Notes: generated by a model not told the origin, from the letters alone. 21,250 nt of DNA from Azolla caroliniana (GCA_043228905.1 JBHGNT010000536.1:1-21250); one strand, 5' to 3'. Shown: positions 1 through 13,058, counted from the first letter of the stretch. Translations and numbers: made by a program.

Positions 1-877
1 ATGTAGATGAAAACAACCTTCGAAGCTAAGATTCTAGTACATGTTTTTTAAAGAACTACTCGCAAGCTCATATTTTTTATTTCCTAAGATATTAGATGTC
101 CAAATAACCAGGCTCTTCTTTCTCTGGAGAGGAAAACACACACAAATAATCTTTGAACATCATATGCTATAGTTAAGAATTCTTGAAACTACTATGAGCC
201 ATCACTTATTGTTTCCTTAAGATATTTTCGTTTACCATTTCTTTTCTCTATAATTTATCGTCATTGTCACTATCATTGTCTTCTTTTTCATTCATCGTAA
301 AAAATTTATCATCCATTCAATCATTCATCATCATGAAAGCTACATACCATGCCATTCCAATTTTTGCACCATTCCATGATCAAGTGTACAAATGCCAATA
401 AGAGACATAAACAAGATGGAAAAAACACTTTAATGTTGAGTAGAACCAAGAGTTGAGGTTTTCGAGATAAACCCAAAACCTTTGTTTAATGTGTCGATGA
501 GAGTCATAGGAGACCTATAGACCAGTCCCCAGATATGGATAGTCAATTATGGTAGAGCATCATATAAGTTATGTCACAGGACCCATCAACAAATTATGAT
601 CATATTTAAATTACGTTGCCCTAAATTCATGAAGACACATGTTATTATAAAGTAACCCTAAATGTTCACCTATAATGAACAGCCCCATTACTAAAATGCT
701 CAAACAAAAGTAAAGTACCATATATATTTGAACTTTTATTTCATAAATTGTACATTGTCTAGATATCAGATTGCAAAAAAGTGAGGCCATCATGAGTCAT
801 GACATATTTACTAATTATTAGACTTAGAAAATGTTGTCATGAAGTAGAATGTGACCAAACTCCCAAATAAAAGAGAA

Positions 878-3076
878 TTACAAAGTAATGGAGAAATCAG
901 AGGATTTGCTATTCCAAGTAGGTGTATTTGAGGTGGATTCTAAGGTGTGCGGGGGACCATGATTCGATATTGGTCGATCCGGACGTGATATGGGCAACGG
1001 TAGGAGATGGCCTTCAATGAGAATGTGTCGGACATTTCTCATGCTTGGCCGACACTCCGTTTCCGGGTGACAACAGTTGAGTGCCACATGAATGACCCCT
1101 CTCCACATCATCATCACTTTCTCAAACTCATCATGTATGCCATGGGCATCAAATTGCAACATGCCAGGGTCAAGTGAATCCATGAGATTGTCATTCATAT
1201 GAAGGGTCCACACCCAATCCAGCAAATTCATCTTATCCGGGCTTAGGCTGAAATCGAGTACACGCCTACCGCACACAATCTCGAGGGCGAGGATGCCGAA
1301 ACTGTACACGTCGGCTTTTTCCGTTGCTCGACCCGTGTACACCAACTCGGGTGCCATGTATCCCATGGTGCCCGCGGCTGTCGTGGTCGTCCATATCTTC
1401 TCATGCGACACTAGCCTCGCGAGACCAAAGTCCCCGAGCATTGGTTCCCAGTCTTTATTCAACAATACATTGGCTGCCTTCACATCTCTATGGATCACAC
1501 ACCCCCCGAGACCCTCATGTAGATATTCCAATGCGGTCGCCACGCCCACCAGTATCTTCCATCTCCGGTCGCTCGTTAGCACTACGGTCCCTCCCTCGAT
1601 CTTATCCTTCGTGTAAAGTAGCTTATCGAGGCTACCATTGTCCGCGTACTCATACACCAACAATGCCTTCCCTTTCTCGTAGCACCAGCCTCTCAACCGC
1701 AACAAATTGCGATGCCGAATGCTGCTTATGATCCTCACCTCCGATGCGAAAGATGCCTCTCCACCCGCTTTCACATCGTCTTTCAGCTTCTTGATGGCCA
1801 CTAGCTGCCGAGATGTCGGATGTTCATCGGGCAACATACCCTTGTAGACTTGGCTGAATCCACCCTCCCCAAGCAGCATTTTGTGACTGAAATTGTTGGT
1901 GGCTCTCTTCAACACATTGTAGCTAAATTGTCGGATGTCCGCGCTCGCCGCCTCATGTGCAGCATACAGTTCAGATTTCTTCGGCCTCAAGATGCAGCGT
2001 AATGGTCCACAGCCATTCCGGTAGGCAATGATGAATCCAATGACGACGATGATTAGGAAAAGCACTGAAAAAGAGATGACCAATATCAACCGAAGTTTCA
2101 GAGAAATTTTGGTTGGCTTACCATCGGAGGCAATGAAGTACCATGAGTAGATGGCATAGCCAGATGGCTTGGAATCGTTGGCATTTACAGTGGATCCGCT
2201 TGTTGCCGTGATGCCAACCCACATGGATGTGTGATTAAACACACTAGGATCGATGGAAGCTTGCAATATGAGGGATTCAGCTGTGCGTTCGAGAGGAATA
2301 GCATAGTCAGTCCTGTTCCCATAGTTCATCAGCCAAACTTTGACCATGTTTGTGGAGCCATCGAACTGAATCCAGGTTTGGAACCTGGAATTTCGATGCA
2401 AAGAGAGTGGATTGTTGTCACCGGAAGTATCGGTGGTGTTGATAGATTGCAAGCTATTGATGTCGATTCCGATGTGGCTAGAGCTCGGGTCGTTGAATTG
2501 GGGTGATTGCGCGATATCGAACTCGACTGCGAAGAAATCGTGACCAGGAAAGGAGGTAGTAGAATTGATGAAAGTGTCATTAGAGAGGCCAAGGTAGCCA
2601 CCAGCACTGTTGTGTGGGAATGCCTTGTCTTGTGCAATGAAGAACGCCATTCCTTCTCCACTCAGATTGCTTCGGGTGATTATCTGGAAGGAGAAGAATG
2701 TGGAGAAGGAGACAATGACACCCGAATCGTCGAAAAATTTTATGGGTTGTTTGGAAACTACACGATTGGCGCTTCGATTGAGATTAGTGCTTGTGTCAGG
2801 GTTTGGGGTGAGCGACACGGTCTTCTCATTATCCAGGGTTGCTGTAGCTTCAGAATATCCCTCACCGCTCGGCACGATGGAAATGTCGAAATTAGAGAAG
2901 AAGTCGTCCGAACCTGGACCGAAGGCGAAGCCCTGAGACATGGCCATGGCCACGTTATGTGCCGTCGGCAATGACGATCCCAGAAAGCAAATGCCGAAGA
3001 GATTGGGTGGCGCACTTTGCAGTATCCATCGGATTTGCAACACGAACCAGACCAGATTGCGAGGCTTGAATTTCAT
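878..3076 (-). CDS. L-type (legume) lectin receptor-like Ser/Thr kinase (LecRK), intronless, 732 aa
   Basis: Single ORF. Lectin_legB motifs ([49 protein letters not shown]), a TM helix ([23 protein letters not shown]) and a complete RD kinase ([55 protein letters not shown]). Confidence 0.95.
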   Translation of the reverse strand: MKFKPRNLVWFVLQIRWILQSAPPNLFGICFLGSSLPTAHNVAMAMSQGFAFGPGSDDFFSNFDISIVPSGEGYSEATATLDNEKTVSLTPNPDTSTNLNRSANRVVSKQPIKFFDDSGVIVSFSTFFSFQIITRSNLSGEGMAFFIAQDKAFPHNSAGGYLGLSNDTFINSTTSFPGHDFFAVEFDIAQSPQFNDPSSSHIGIDINSLQSINTTDTSGDNNPLSLHRNSRFQTWIQFDGSTNMVKVWLMNYGNRTDYAIPLERTAESLILQASIDPSVFNHTSMWVGITATSGSTVNANDSKPSGYAIYSWYFIASDGKPTKISLKLRLILVISFSVLFLIIVVIGFIIAYRNGCGPLRCILRPKKSELYAAHEAASADIRQFSYNVLKRATNNFSHKMLLGEGGFSQVYKGMLPDEHPTSRQLVAIKKLKDDVKAGGEASFASEVRIISSIRHRNLLRLRGWCYEKGKALLVYEYADNGSLDKLLYTKDKIEGGTVVLTSDRRWKILVGVATALEYLHEGLGGCVIHRDVKAANVLLNKDWEPMLGDFGLARLVSHEKIWTTTTAAGTMGYMAPELVYTGRATEKADVYSFGILALEIVCGRRVLDFSLSPDKMNLLDWVWTLHMNDNLMDSLDPGMLQFDAHGIHDEFEKVMMMWRGVIHVALNCCHPETECRPSMRNVRHILIEGHLLPLPISRPDRPISNHGPPHTLESTSNTPTWNSKSSDFSITL

Positions 3077-3319
3077 TGTATGTGGCCGCGATGATTTAGA
3101 GAATCTATACTCTTTAGGATGTTGGGAAGAGTGACCTACAAGTCTTTATTTTCTTATGTATGTCATTAGGTTGCAGAAGAAGATAACATTGTGGCCTACT
3201 CTATCTAGGTATTTCATACATAATACACACAATCAGACCCAAACAATTCTTGAGTCTTGACTATTAACTCCCACATGGGTGGGGTCTGGTCTCCCTGTAA
3301 ATTTTAATTCCTTAATTGA

Positions 3320-3563
3320 TTTCTTTTATTGCAAATTGTGATATCAGTGCAATATCTTATCGTGAGAAGTTTTAATGATCACATATGTAGTAGAAAAAAG
3401 TCTAAACGATGGTTTAATGGTCCCAGATGAGTCTTAATTTTTTGAATATAATGACATTGGTTTCTTTTATTGCCAATTGTGATGTCATTACAATATTTTA
3501 TGCTTTGAAGTAGTGATCACATATGTATTATTGGCAAAAATAAATGGTCAAAAATTATGGTTT
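3320..3563. repeat. Degenerate direct duplication (~95-100 bp units, period ~141 bp) in the spacer between the two LecRK copies
   Basis: TTTCTTTTATTGC[A/C]AATTGTGAT...CAATAT...TGATCACATATGTA...ATGGTTT occurs at ~3320-3414 and ~3461-3563. Confidence 0.75.
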
Positions 3564-4000
3564 GCTCTAAGTTGTCGCACTCATGAGCTTGGTCTAAGTT
3601 GGTTTGAAGTGGTGGGAGAATACAAAGGTTTGCAACTCTTGAAAAGTTAGACAAGTACATGAGAAGCTTAATTTAAATCTCATTAGAATCTTACTAAATT
3701 AATCAAAGATGAATGAGTAACTCAAGTTATGATTATAACTAAAATTATTAATCTTTGATTTGGTTTAAACAACAAGAAGACAATGAGTGATGTATGTAAA
3801 CTAAGAGTTGGGACTCAGCCAATTTGGAGTTGGCCACATTTGGTTCTAGAGATCCCTCCCTCTCCACTTTTCGCTATCTACTACGGCCCGATCCACTATT
3901 GTTGGTCACAAGGGGCATGTTGTCCCCTTTACAAATTCTAAGATACCCATTGTCACCATCTCAACCCCTACACATAGAGAGAGTAAGGTCACTAAGACCA

Positions 4001-6167
4001 ATGAAAGTGCAGTTCAAGCACCTTGGGCTCATCTTGCTAGTCTTTATGGGATCATCACCACATATGACCATGGCCATGTCTAACATCCTCTCCTTTGATC
4101 CAAGTAATTCGAGGACCTGCATCAACTCTATCTTTGATATCTCCATTGTGCATAGCGGTGGGCACCAATATTACAGAACTACGGCAAACCTAGATAATGC
4201 AAATATCTTGTGGATCATTCCGGATGCTAGCGAAACCCACAATCACAATCTAAGCGGCGGGCGTATCGTCTCCAAAGAATCGATCGAATTCTCGAACCAT
4301 ATGACAGGTGCCATTGACATGTCTTTTAACACATCCTTCTCCTTCCGGATTGTCACCCAATCGGATCGGAGTGGAGAAGGCATGGCCTTCTTCATTGGAC
4401 AAGACAAGACATTCCCACATAGCAGTGCCGGTGCCTACCTTGGCCATTCCAATGTAACCCTCATGGAAAATACCTCCTTTCCCGGTCACAAGTTTTTCGC
4501 AGTCCGAGTTCGATATCTCGCAATCACCCCAATTTCATGACCCAAAATCTAGCCATGGCGGAATCGACATAAATAGCTTGAAATCTATTAAGACTATCGA
4601 TACTTCAGGCATTCCCAGCCTCTCTCTGCTTCGAAATTTCAGTTTTCAAGCCTGGATTGAGTTCAATGCCTCCACAAACTTTTTGGTTGATGAACTATGA
4701 GGACAGTACCAACTATGCAAATTCGGTTGACTGCAAGGGTCAATCCCCAGTATTGCAAGCTTCCATTGATCCTAGTGTTTTTCAAGACACATCCATGTGG
4801 GTGGGCATCACGGCAACAAGTGGATCCGGCAATATCAAGCCCTCTATTCGTGGTACTTCTCGACCTTTGATGCGGCCAAGTCAGACCAACATTTCTCTTC
4901 TACTCAAATCCTCCAATCCTCCCAACCATGAGGAACTAGGGTTAATATTGGGCATCTCTTTTTCACTGCTTTTCCTTATCATCTTCATTGGGTACTTTAC
5001 CATTGTTTACAAGAATGGGGGTGGGGCATTCTACTGCAACTTGAGGCCAAAGACATCTGAACTATGTGCTGCTTATGAAGAGGCCAATGCGGACATCCAA
5101 CAATTTAGCTACAATGTGTTGAAGGGAGCCACCCACAACTTTATGACAAAATGGTGCTTGGAGAGGGTGGATTCGGCCAGGTCTACAAGGGTATATTGCC
5201 CGATGAAAATTCGACAACCCAACAGCTGGTGGCAATCAAGAAGCTCAAAGAGAATGTGAAAGAGGGTGGAGAGGCGACTTTCGCATCGGAGATGAGAATC
5301 ATAAGCAGCATTTGGCATCGGAATTTGTTGCAGTTGAGAGGTTGATTGTACGAGAAAGGGAAGGCATTGTTGGTGTATGGATATGCCGACAATGGTAGGC
5401 TCGAGAAGCTACTTTACACGAAGGATTGGATCGAGGGTACAAACATACTGCTCACTAGGGAGCGGAGATGGAAGATACTGATGGGTGTGGCGACCGCATT
5501 GGAATATCTACACGAAGGTCTAGGGGGATGTGTGATCCATAGAGATGTCAAGGCAGCCAATGTATTGTTGAATAAAGACTGGGAATCAATGCTAGGGGAC
5601 TTTGGTCCAGCGAGGCTAGTGTCACGTGACAAAATGGGGGCGACGATGACAACTGCAGACACAATGGGATACATAGCACCTGAGTTGACGTGTACAGTTT
5701 CGGCATCCTCGCCCTTGAGATTGCATGTGGTAGGCGTGTTCTTGATTTCAACCTTGGTCCAGAAGAGATGAACTTGTTGGATTGGGTGTAGACCCTTTAC
5801 AAGAATGACAAGCTCATGGATTCACTTGACCCTCACGTGTTGCAATTTGATGTCCATACCATACATGATGAGTTTGGGAAGGTAATGATGATGTGGAGAG
5901 GGGTTATTCATTTGGCACTAAATTGTTGTCACCCGCAAACCGAGCATTGACCACCAAGCATGAGAGAAGTTTGATGCATTCTCATAGACCGATACCTGCT
6001 TCCGTTGCTCATGTCACGTCCAAATCAATGGATGAACAACAATACCCATTCAATCTTAGAGTTTACATCAAATCCTCCCACGACGGATGGCTCCACTAGT
6101 TTTCCTAGGAGTTTATAATCTTTTTGCCATTGGAATTGTGTACATTTTTGTTAATAACACTTTGTAA
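4001..6167 (+). pseudogene. LecRK pseudogene, inverted paralogue of 878-3076
   Basis: ATG at 4001 (MKVQFKHLGLILLVFMGSS, signal-peptide-like); collinear lectin, TM and kinase homology. Lesions: frameshifts near 4505, ~4680, ~4840 and ~5145; TGG>TGA at 5343-5345; DFGL>DFGP; a 31-nt deletion after APEL (~5687); TAG at 5789-5791; TGA at ~5948. The ACTTTGTAA matching the intact copy's stop ends at 6167. Confidence 0.92.
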
Positions 6168-7554
6168 TTCTGTCACCGACTTCTACATTGTTTGCACAAT
6201 ATACCATCATACATACCATTGAGTATGTCAAATCTACAGAACAATAAATGAAATATGACCGAAATGTTCTCATAAGAGGCAACATTCTACGGTTGCAAGT
6301 GCCTTGTTCATATCGTTATAATCCTCACTCCATGATTAAGGGCAACCCCTAACATCTTAGAGTGTACATAAAATCTAATTAAAGGGGATCAGTCCTCTAG
6401 TTTCTCTTCAAGTTTATAATATAATGTTAAAGTCAAAACACAAAATAATAACTTCCTTTTGATCCAACCTTCTATGAAGAACAAATGTCATCAACATTTT
6501 ACAAACTTGTGCACCTGTTTATTTACACCAAACTATGATTTCTATAGGTGCTTTGACATTAAATTTTATACAAGTGGCAACCCCATAACTAGGTACAAGG
6601 CTCTGTTCTTGTTGGCATGGAACACCCAAGAATTGTCTGGCATTTACAGGCCACCCAAGAATTGCTACATCAGCATTGAGAGATGCTTTAAACACAAAAT
6701 ATTTTGAAATACAAGGTGCACCATTGCCTTATTTTCGTGGATCATAACCATCATGCATTCAAGCTTTTTGACAGGAGATCAAAGGAGGTCTTTACTCCCA
6801 TGTGATTGGACATACTGGTTATTTACTAAGGTGAACCCCTTCTAACATGTTGCATTGCAAGCATTATCTCACCATTCATGAAAGAACCAGAAATTTGATT
6901 AGTGATTACTCGGGCATTAATGTGCACTCAGGTCACCAATTTTTGTTATGCATCTACACATTTAGTCTCAACTCAATTTCAAAGATATCACACCTTAAGT
7001 CCTTCCTCAGTCAAGCATCATTTCCGTGGGTGATTGATGGTGGTTCATGAACCAGCTCCATGGAACACTATACTTTACCTATGTATAGGTTTCACTATGG
7101 AAATTTGTTACCTCCCTCCAGCTTATTTCATATTAAGAGCATCCCATGAGATCACTAAAGATAAATGTCAGTAGTCTTATTGCAAGGAAATAGCAATAAT
7201 TGGAAACCCTAGCTGAATAGACCATGTAGTCAAATGCAATCCGATGGTTCTTCATTTATATCTAGCATCAAGCTTCTTCACTATAGGTGTTCACAAACCT
7301 GTCTAAATTAATATACGCATGTGCAAGTGCACCTTAGAAATGGATGTTAATGATCAAGAGCTCGGATCAACGTGTTAAACATAAGCACACAATGTTCTCA
7401 TCCAGAACATTTACTATGTACACACATACAGTAGTAATGGAGAACAAGAACAAAACATATATTTGTATTACAAAATCTGGTTTGGGAGATAGCCAGTCGT
7501 CACCTAAATCAAGATGAAAGAATAGAAGCCTTGCTTAAATACAACCGAGAAACT

Positions 7555-7707
7555 TTAAAGTGAAGTTTCCAATGCGACATCTGAGGCTGAGATCATCGGG
7601 TTCAGTAACTCAAGTGCACAAACACACTCAATATGTGGAGTGTGAGGGAACATATCCACCGGTTGCACACTCAACAACCGATATGCTCCATCTAAATCTG
7701 CTCCTGG
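7555..7707 (-). CDS. Methyltransferase exon 10 (terminal)
   Basis: PGADLDGAYRLLSVQPVDMFPHTPHIECVCALELLNPMISASDVALETSL*; 153 nt including TAA. Confidence 0.9.
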   Translation of the reverse strand, partial: PGADLDGAYRLLSVQPVDMFPHTPHIECVCALELLNPMISASDVALETSL

Positions 7708-10700
7708 CTGCATGGAATTCAACTCTATAGTTAGTTGGTTGATTGGTAGGTTGGTTGGTTGGTTGGTTTATATGTTTGCAGATTAATTCTCATTAGTTCA
7801 CAACAATTCCGCAAGCCACTTAAACTTAGAACATTGTTAAAAGGAAGAGAAAATTTTAATAAAATTTGTGCTACCTGGCATTGGATTATTGACTACATGA
7901 TTAAGTTTTGAATTTGGTATAACAATAATGGGGGTTGAACTGTGAAACACTTGAGTCTTTCTTCACTTTCCCACAAGACCTTAAGTTTTCATTATTTCCC
8001 CAAATGCCCTTTGGTAAAACCCCATTTCAAGAAATTATATGGGCTATCATCTCCTTTTTTCTCTTTCAGGGTTGACCACAGCATTTGGGGGAATAAAGAA
8101 AAATTCAGGTATTTTGGAGTTCTTTACCGTTTTGAAGAAGATAACCACAAAAAATTAACAAAATAAAACAATAACAAGGAACAGGGGAATATGAAAATTC
8201 TGGGAACTTCCCACACAAATAGAAAGTCTTACCAGGCCATGAGCAAGATAATCCAAATCTCGAGCACACGTGGCAGGATTGCATGAGACGTAAACAATGC
8301 GTGGGGGTCTTTGCTTTAGAAGGTACTTCACTAAATCAGGATGCATTCCAGGCCTGTTTGGATCTGTTGAAGATGATGGTGAAGGAGATCATTCAGCCAA
8401 GTTCAAAGTTCTATGATTGAGTTATGGCGTCAAAAATCAACAGGTTCCTTTTTCTTTATTTTGTCAGATTGTAATAATGCCACAGCCATGAAAACGCCCA
8501 ATCGTTGTCATAGCCTAGATAGATGTGAAGCACACAAAGATATGAAATATTTTCTTTGTTATATATACCCCACTACCAATAAAAAATGGAAAAGAAATAT
8601 ATACATGAAAGACCTTAACTATATTGTATATACCCCTTTTACAACAGAAAGATGGAAAAAAAGTTAACTATATTATATATACCCCTTTTACAACAGAAAG
8701 ATGGAAAAGAAGTATGTGCATCAAAGAAAAACTTTGATTTCCTCTGCTACTCTCATCAACCTTAATGATTGGACATTTTCATGGCTACCATGTTCTTACA
8801 CTTGTCTAAAGAAAGAGAAAATAACTGACCAGATTTTCCACTGATGGATTAAGGGTCTCTGGAAACGGAGAGATAATTCCAAAGACCATTGGTCTCTGGA
8901 AACGGAGAGATATTCCAAAGACGATTACACCATGACCAAGAGATTCTTATCCAAACATTTCACAATGAGAAACACCACGGTTTAGGATCTATATTGTTCT
9001 TCAGCATCTAGGTTGACTCTGAATTGTTTGAACTTAACAATTCCATAGGGCAAACGCCCTGTAAGAATGCAAGGGAACTAATTGTTGGCTAGGAAAACGG
9101 TGATATGAAACTTCCCATTTTCTTTATACATCTAATATCCTAAACTGCATATAGAAGGTGTATTGCAATCAGACAAATACCTACAGAAAAATGTTCATAA
9201 CGCAATATCTATTATAAATCTCTAAAAGTCTTCTTGAATCCTAGTTGCATCATATCTTTGTTAGATTCCTTCTGAAAGGTGAACGAGGTACTAGGTTGAG
9301 AATTAATATACTAAATCCTATATATATCACCCGTGGTCATAGAAAAATGTTTACAGATGATGATGTCAGTGTATAAAATTAGAAACTTTCACAATACCAT
9401 ACCAATAATGACTACATCAGGCTGAGGAATTTGATCTGCAAAATCCTTGTTTATCTTATTCAAATCTCCTTGTATGAAAGTGGCGTTTGTTATGTCATTT
9501 CTAGCAGCATTTCGGCGTGCATCAGCAACAGCCTCTGGAACAACTTCATAACCATAAACATGCTTGACTCTACATAGCATTTAGCATATTTACCAGAGAC
9601 GTTTGAAACAAATTAGCACAATGAAGTTATGGAAATCCTGAATACAAAAGAATAATCTAGCAAGATTCAAACAACCTTTTTGCAAGGGTCAGCCCTATCG
9701 TACCAGTCCCACAAAATAGATCAAGTACTACTTCCTTGCCATTTCCTTCCAGGCCAGCTGCTTGTTCTACCAAATCATAAAGAATTTCAGCCTGCCAAAA
9801 ATTTTAAGGATGCAGTTAGAATCTCCAAGGATTAAATGCTGAATCAAGTTTTTAGAAAAATGTATAGTTCAAGGACACCTGACGAGGATTAGTTTGAAAA
9901 AATGAGTTTGCTGATATCTCGAATACTAATCCATTGATGCATTCTGTGATTGTTGAGCTTCCATACAAAACATGTTCTTCTTCCCCAGCAGCAGTATTTC
10001 CAATACTCGAATTAATGTTATTTACAATGCTAACCTGCAAATTATATGAAGCCATGTGCATAGATTCTGAGATTTGATTTGCTATAGTTGGATGTTCTCA
10101 ACAATATAAAACAAACAGCTATTCAAACGTTTTACTTAACATTCACCCCGTCTTATTGTAATGCTCAACTATCTATACTAAGAGTGCAGGTTTGTGTGAA
10201 AATTATTCAAAAACATGCAAAGAAATGTGTCGCTGATTGTATAATAGTGAAAAACACGTATTATGAGAGAGCTATATAGCAATGTGAGTGCAAATGGCTA
10301 GACATATTGGTTGGAATGCAGATGTCTCTCCAGCCTAGATTTATCTACAGAACCCTTGGATGTCTACGAGACACAGCTATAAATGAAAAACATTCATGAC
10401 AAACACGTAAATATTCTAAAATATCAATATTCCCAGATTAAGTCACACAGTTGAAAAACTACAGTATCATGCATGATACATAACTTTGAATGCCAGATAG
10501 CCACCCATTCATACAGTAGGTAGTGCCACCAATCCAAGTTTCTACCACATCTATAAATTTGATGGTCTCTCAGCTGTAAAAGAAAATAGGAAGATGGCAT
10601 GGAAAAGAGGAGAAAAACAACCCAGTCCAAGAAAGACAATCAGAAATCTCAGAATGTCCTGATTGGAGTACCAATTAATATCATTATTTAATAAGGATCT

Positions 10701-13058
10701 CCATCCTATTCAACATAACCTGAAGCAAAAAAAAATGTAAGAAACTCTTGAGTGATTCGTGTTGACTGTAGCTCTATTAAATTCCATTGGCCACTGCCAG
10801 ACCCCCATATCATGATGATATACCCCACCAGATTTCCTTCCACACACTTTTAGAAGACTCATTTTAGGAAAACCTGTGAAAATCACATCATCCAGAAACT
10901 AGCATACAGATATGGATGCTTCTCTGGAAATATAAATTCTTATACTTTTAGAAGACTCGTTTTAGGAAACCAGTGAAAATCACATTATCCAGAAACTAGA
11001 ATACAGATATGGATGCTTCTCTGGAAATATAAATTCTTACACTTTTAGAAGACTCATTTTCGGAAAACCTATGAAAATCACATCATCCAGAAACTAGAAG
11101 ACGGATAAGGATGCTTCTCTGGGTATATAAAAAATACATTTTTGAAAATGGTGAAGAAAGACATGGACACACCACTACTTTGAACTTACCACATCATGCA
11201 CTCCAGCTACCAGCTCATTTACATGCTGAAGTCACAAAATTCACCATGAGCTGGATATCACCTGTTTCAGGTTCTCTATACCAATCAATCATTAAGCTGT
11301 TACTGAAAATAATCTGTTGAAAGTAACTTTCCACATTATTTTTGAGGTCTTTATGTTGTTTTCTTTCCTGGTATAAGTGGGACATAAAAACCCAAAAAAC
11401 AGCAAGGAGTAGGCAACAAAGAGTATACCTGCCAGATCGTATAACGAGATGTTTCAGAAAACCCTGATGTGTATGTGTGTCATATGGTGGGAGCTCCTGT
11501 GTACGAGTACTGCAATAATGTTGAACTATCTCAAGAACCTGCAAGAAGTATATCTTCATAACTTGCAACTTTCTTCTTGCAAATTTTAATACCAACTTTG
11601 GAATGAACTGCCAATCTTCTTAGAGATAACAAAACACACCCAGCTGGAAAAAAAATCCCTTCTGTAGAAAAATATATGCATAGAGTTATTTTCACTCTGT
11701 GTAGCATTAGGTACAGCTGTTAAAGAACCTTATTAGCAGAGTCTTGTTGCAACAAGCACTTATTGATGGAGAGAACTTTATCAAAGCGTCCTGGTGCGTG
11801 TAGCCCTAAAGCAAATCCGTTCTCGTTAGATTGTACTGCACTGTCAAATTCATCTCTTGGTGTCCATTTCTTTGTGCCATAAGAGAACTCCATCTGTAAT
11901 ATGTGTGTAGTCAATAGAAGATAAGATGAGATAAAACTTTATTGTAATGGCTCAATGTTTAAAAATCTAGAAAGCAAGTGTGTCAAGTTTGATCATTCAT
12001 ATTTTCTCACCACCTAACCTATGACTATGCTCCTGTTGCTACTGGCTATTTAGCACATGTTTTTGGATACATGGACCATCTCAGTTGCTGATACAGAATT
12101 AGGACAAATTTTACAAGACCTTACACTCCAAAGTGGAGCATCAGCAAGAAACAGATGGACTTTTAAAGCCTCAAGAGCAATGATGAACGAAAGAATTTAA
12201 CAGGTAATGGACACAAGTAGTGTGAATATTGTGAAGAAAACTTTGAATGCTAAAATTAGTCCCGAGGAGAGATTAGAATTTGTAAGGAGTGCCCCTACTA
12301 GAGACTGTTTGAATACTAATCAGATGTGATACATCTCAAAGTGGCTGAGATGCCTTCCATATATCCATGTATCTCATGAAAATTGGATCCTAAAGTGTGT
12401 TTGTTGGGTATACAAAGATTAGACAACCTAATATATGTTACTTTTGAACTACTACAGAGAAACATGTAGGTAGCAGTATCAGTTTAGATGAGTTGAACAA
12501 GTGATAAGAATCCAACATGGCTAAAGTAAATGACAATGTAGGGGCTGAAATTTACATCAAGAGCAATGTTCTACAGTGAAATTAAACCCAAGGGGCTGCT
12601 CAGAGAGCAAACAATCCATTACAATGGTCAAGCAAGATTTATATAATATTGAATCAGCAAGTATGGATAGTTCAAAACCAAACAACGGGAAGACATTATA
12701 GTTTATGCAAACTAAATTATTTAAATAATTGCCAAGAATTTAAACTTTATGATTCATTTTGCAAACATGCTGTGAATCTTAAAATTCAGCCCCATGAAGG
12801 TTCATACCTTGTTACGATAATGAAATGGAGATTTGCATCCTATAATCCCCTTCATAAAGCTCCCAGAGTCACTCCCAAATCTTCCAAGCCTTGAAATTAA
12901 ATCAAAGACTTGTTGTTCTTTGGCTTCAAGTTGTGCGTCATACGCCAAATTCTGCATTTTACAACCTCCACAATCTGCTGCATGTTCACATGGAGCAACA
13001 ACAGCATTGTGGTGAGGTGAAAGTGTTTCTATTTTGATCGCCTGTCAAGATTTTGATA

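Noticed and set aside
430-545. Possible Copia RT remnant (TGTCGA...CAGTCCCCAGATATGG, faintly like CRL...QSPR-W)
   Set aside because: Too short and degenerate to support without a homology search.
1293-3134. Several plus-strand and alternative-frame ORFs overlapping the LecRK
   Set aside because: Shadow ORFs of a GC-richer coding region with no recognisable motifs.
3824-4000. Longer 238-aa ORF start for the LecRK paralogue
   Set aside because: It starts at TTG, not ATG; homology and the signal peptide begin at ATG 4001.
6300-7300. Short ORFs (6459-6707, 6847-7050) and a 13-bp repeat CACCCAAGAATTG between the convergent genes
   Set aside because: No recognisable domain or splice structure; treated as intergenic or decayed sequence.
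8615-11131. Short direct repeats as a possible CRISPR-like array
   Set aside because: Simple tandem duplications without unique spacers, inside eukaryotic introns, with no cas genes.
11215-11217. In-frame TGA as selenocysteine, read-through or an RNA-editing site
   Set aside because: A second TGA follows in the same frame and the exon phase stays wrong for exon 6. U-to-C editing is organellar and this is a nuclear intron-containing gene. A deletion explains it better.
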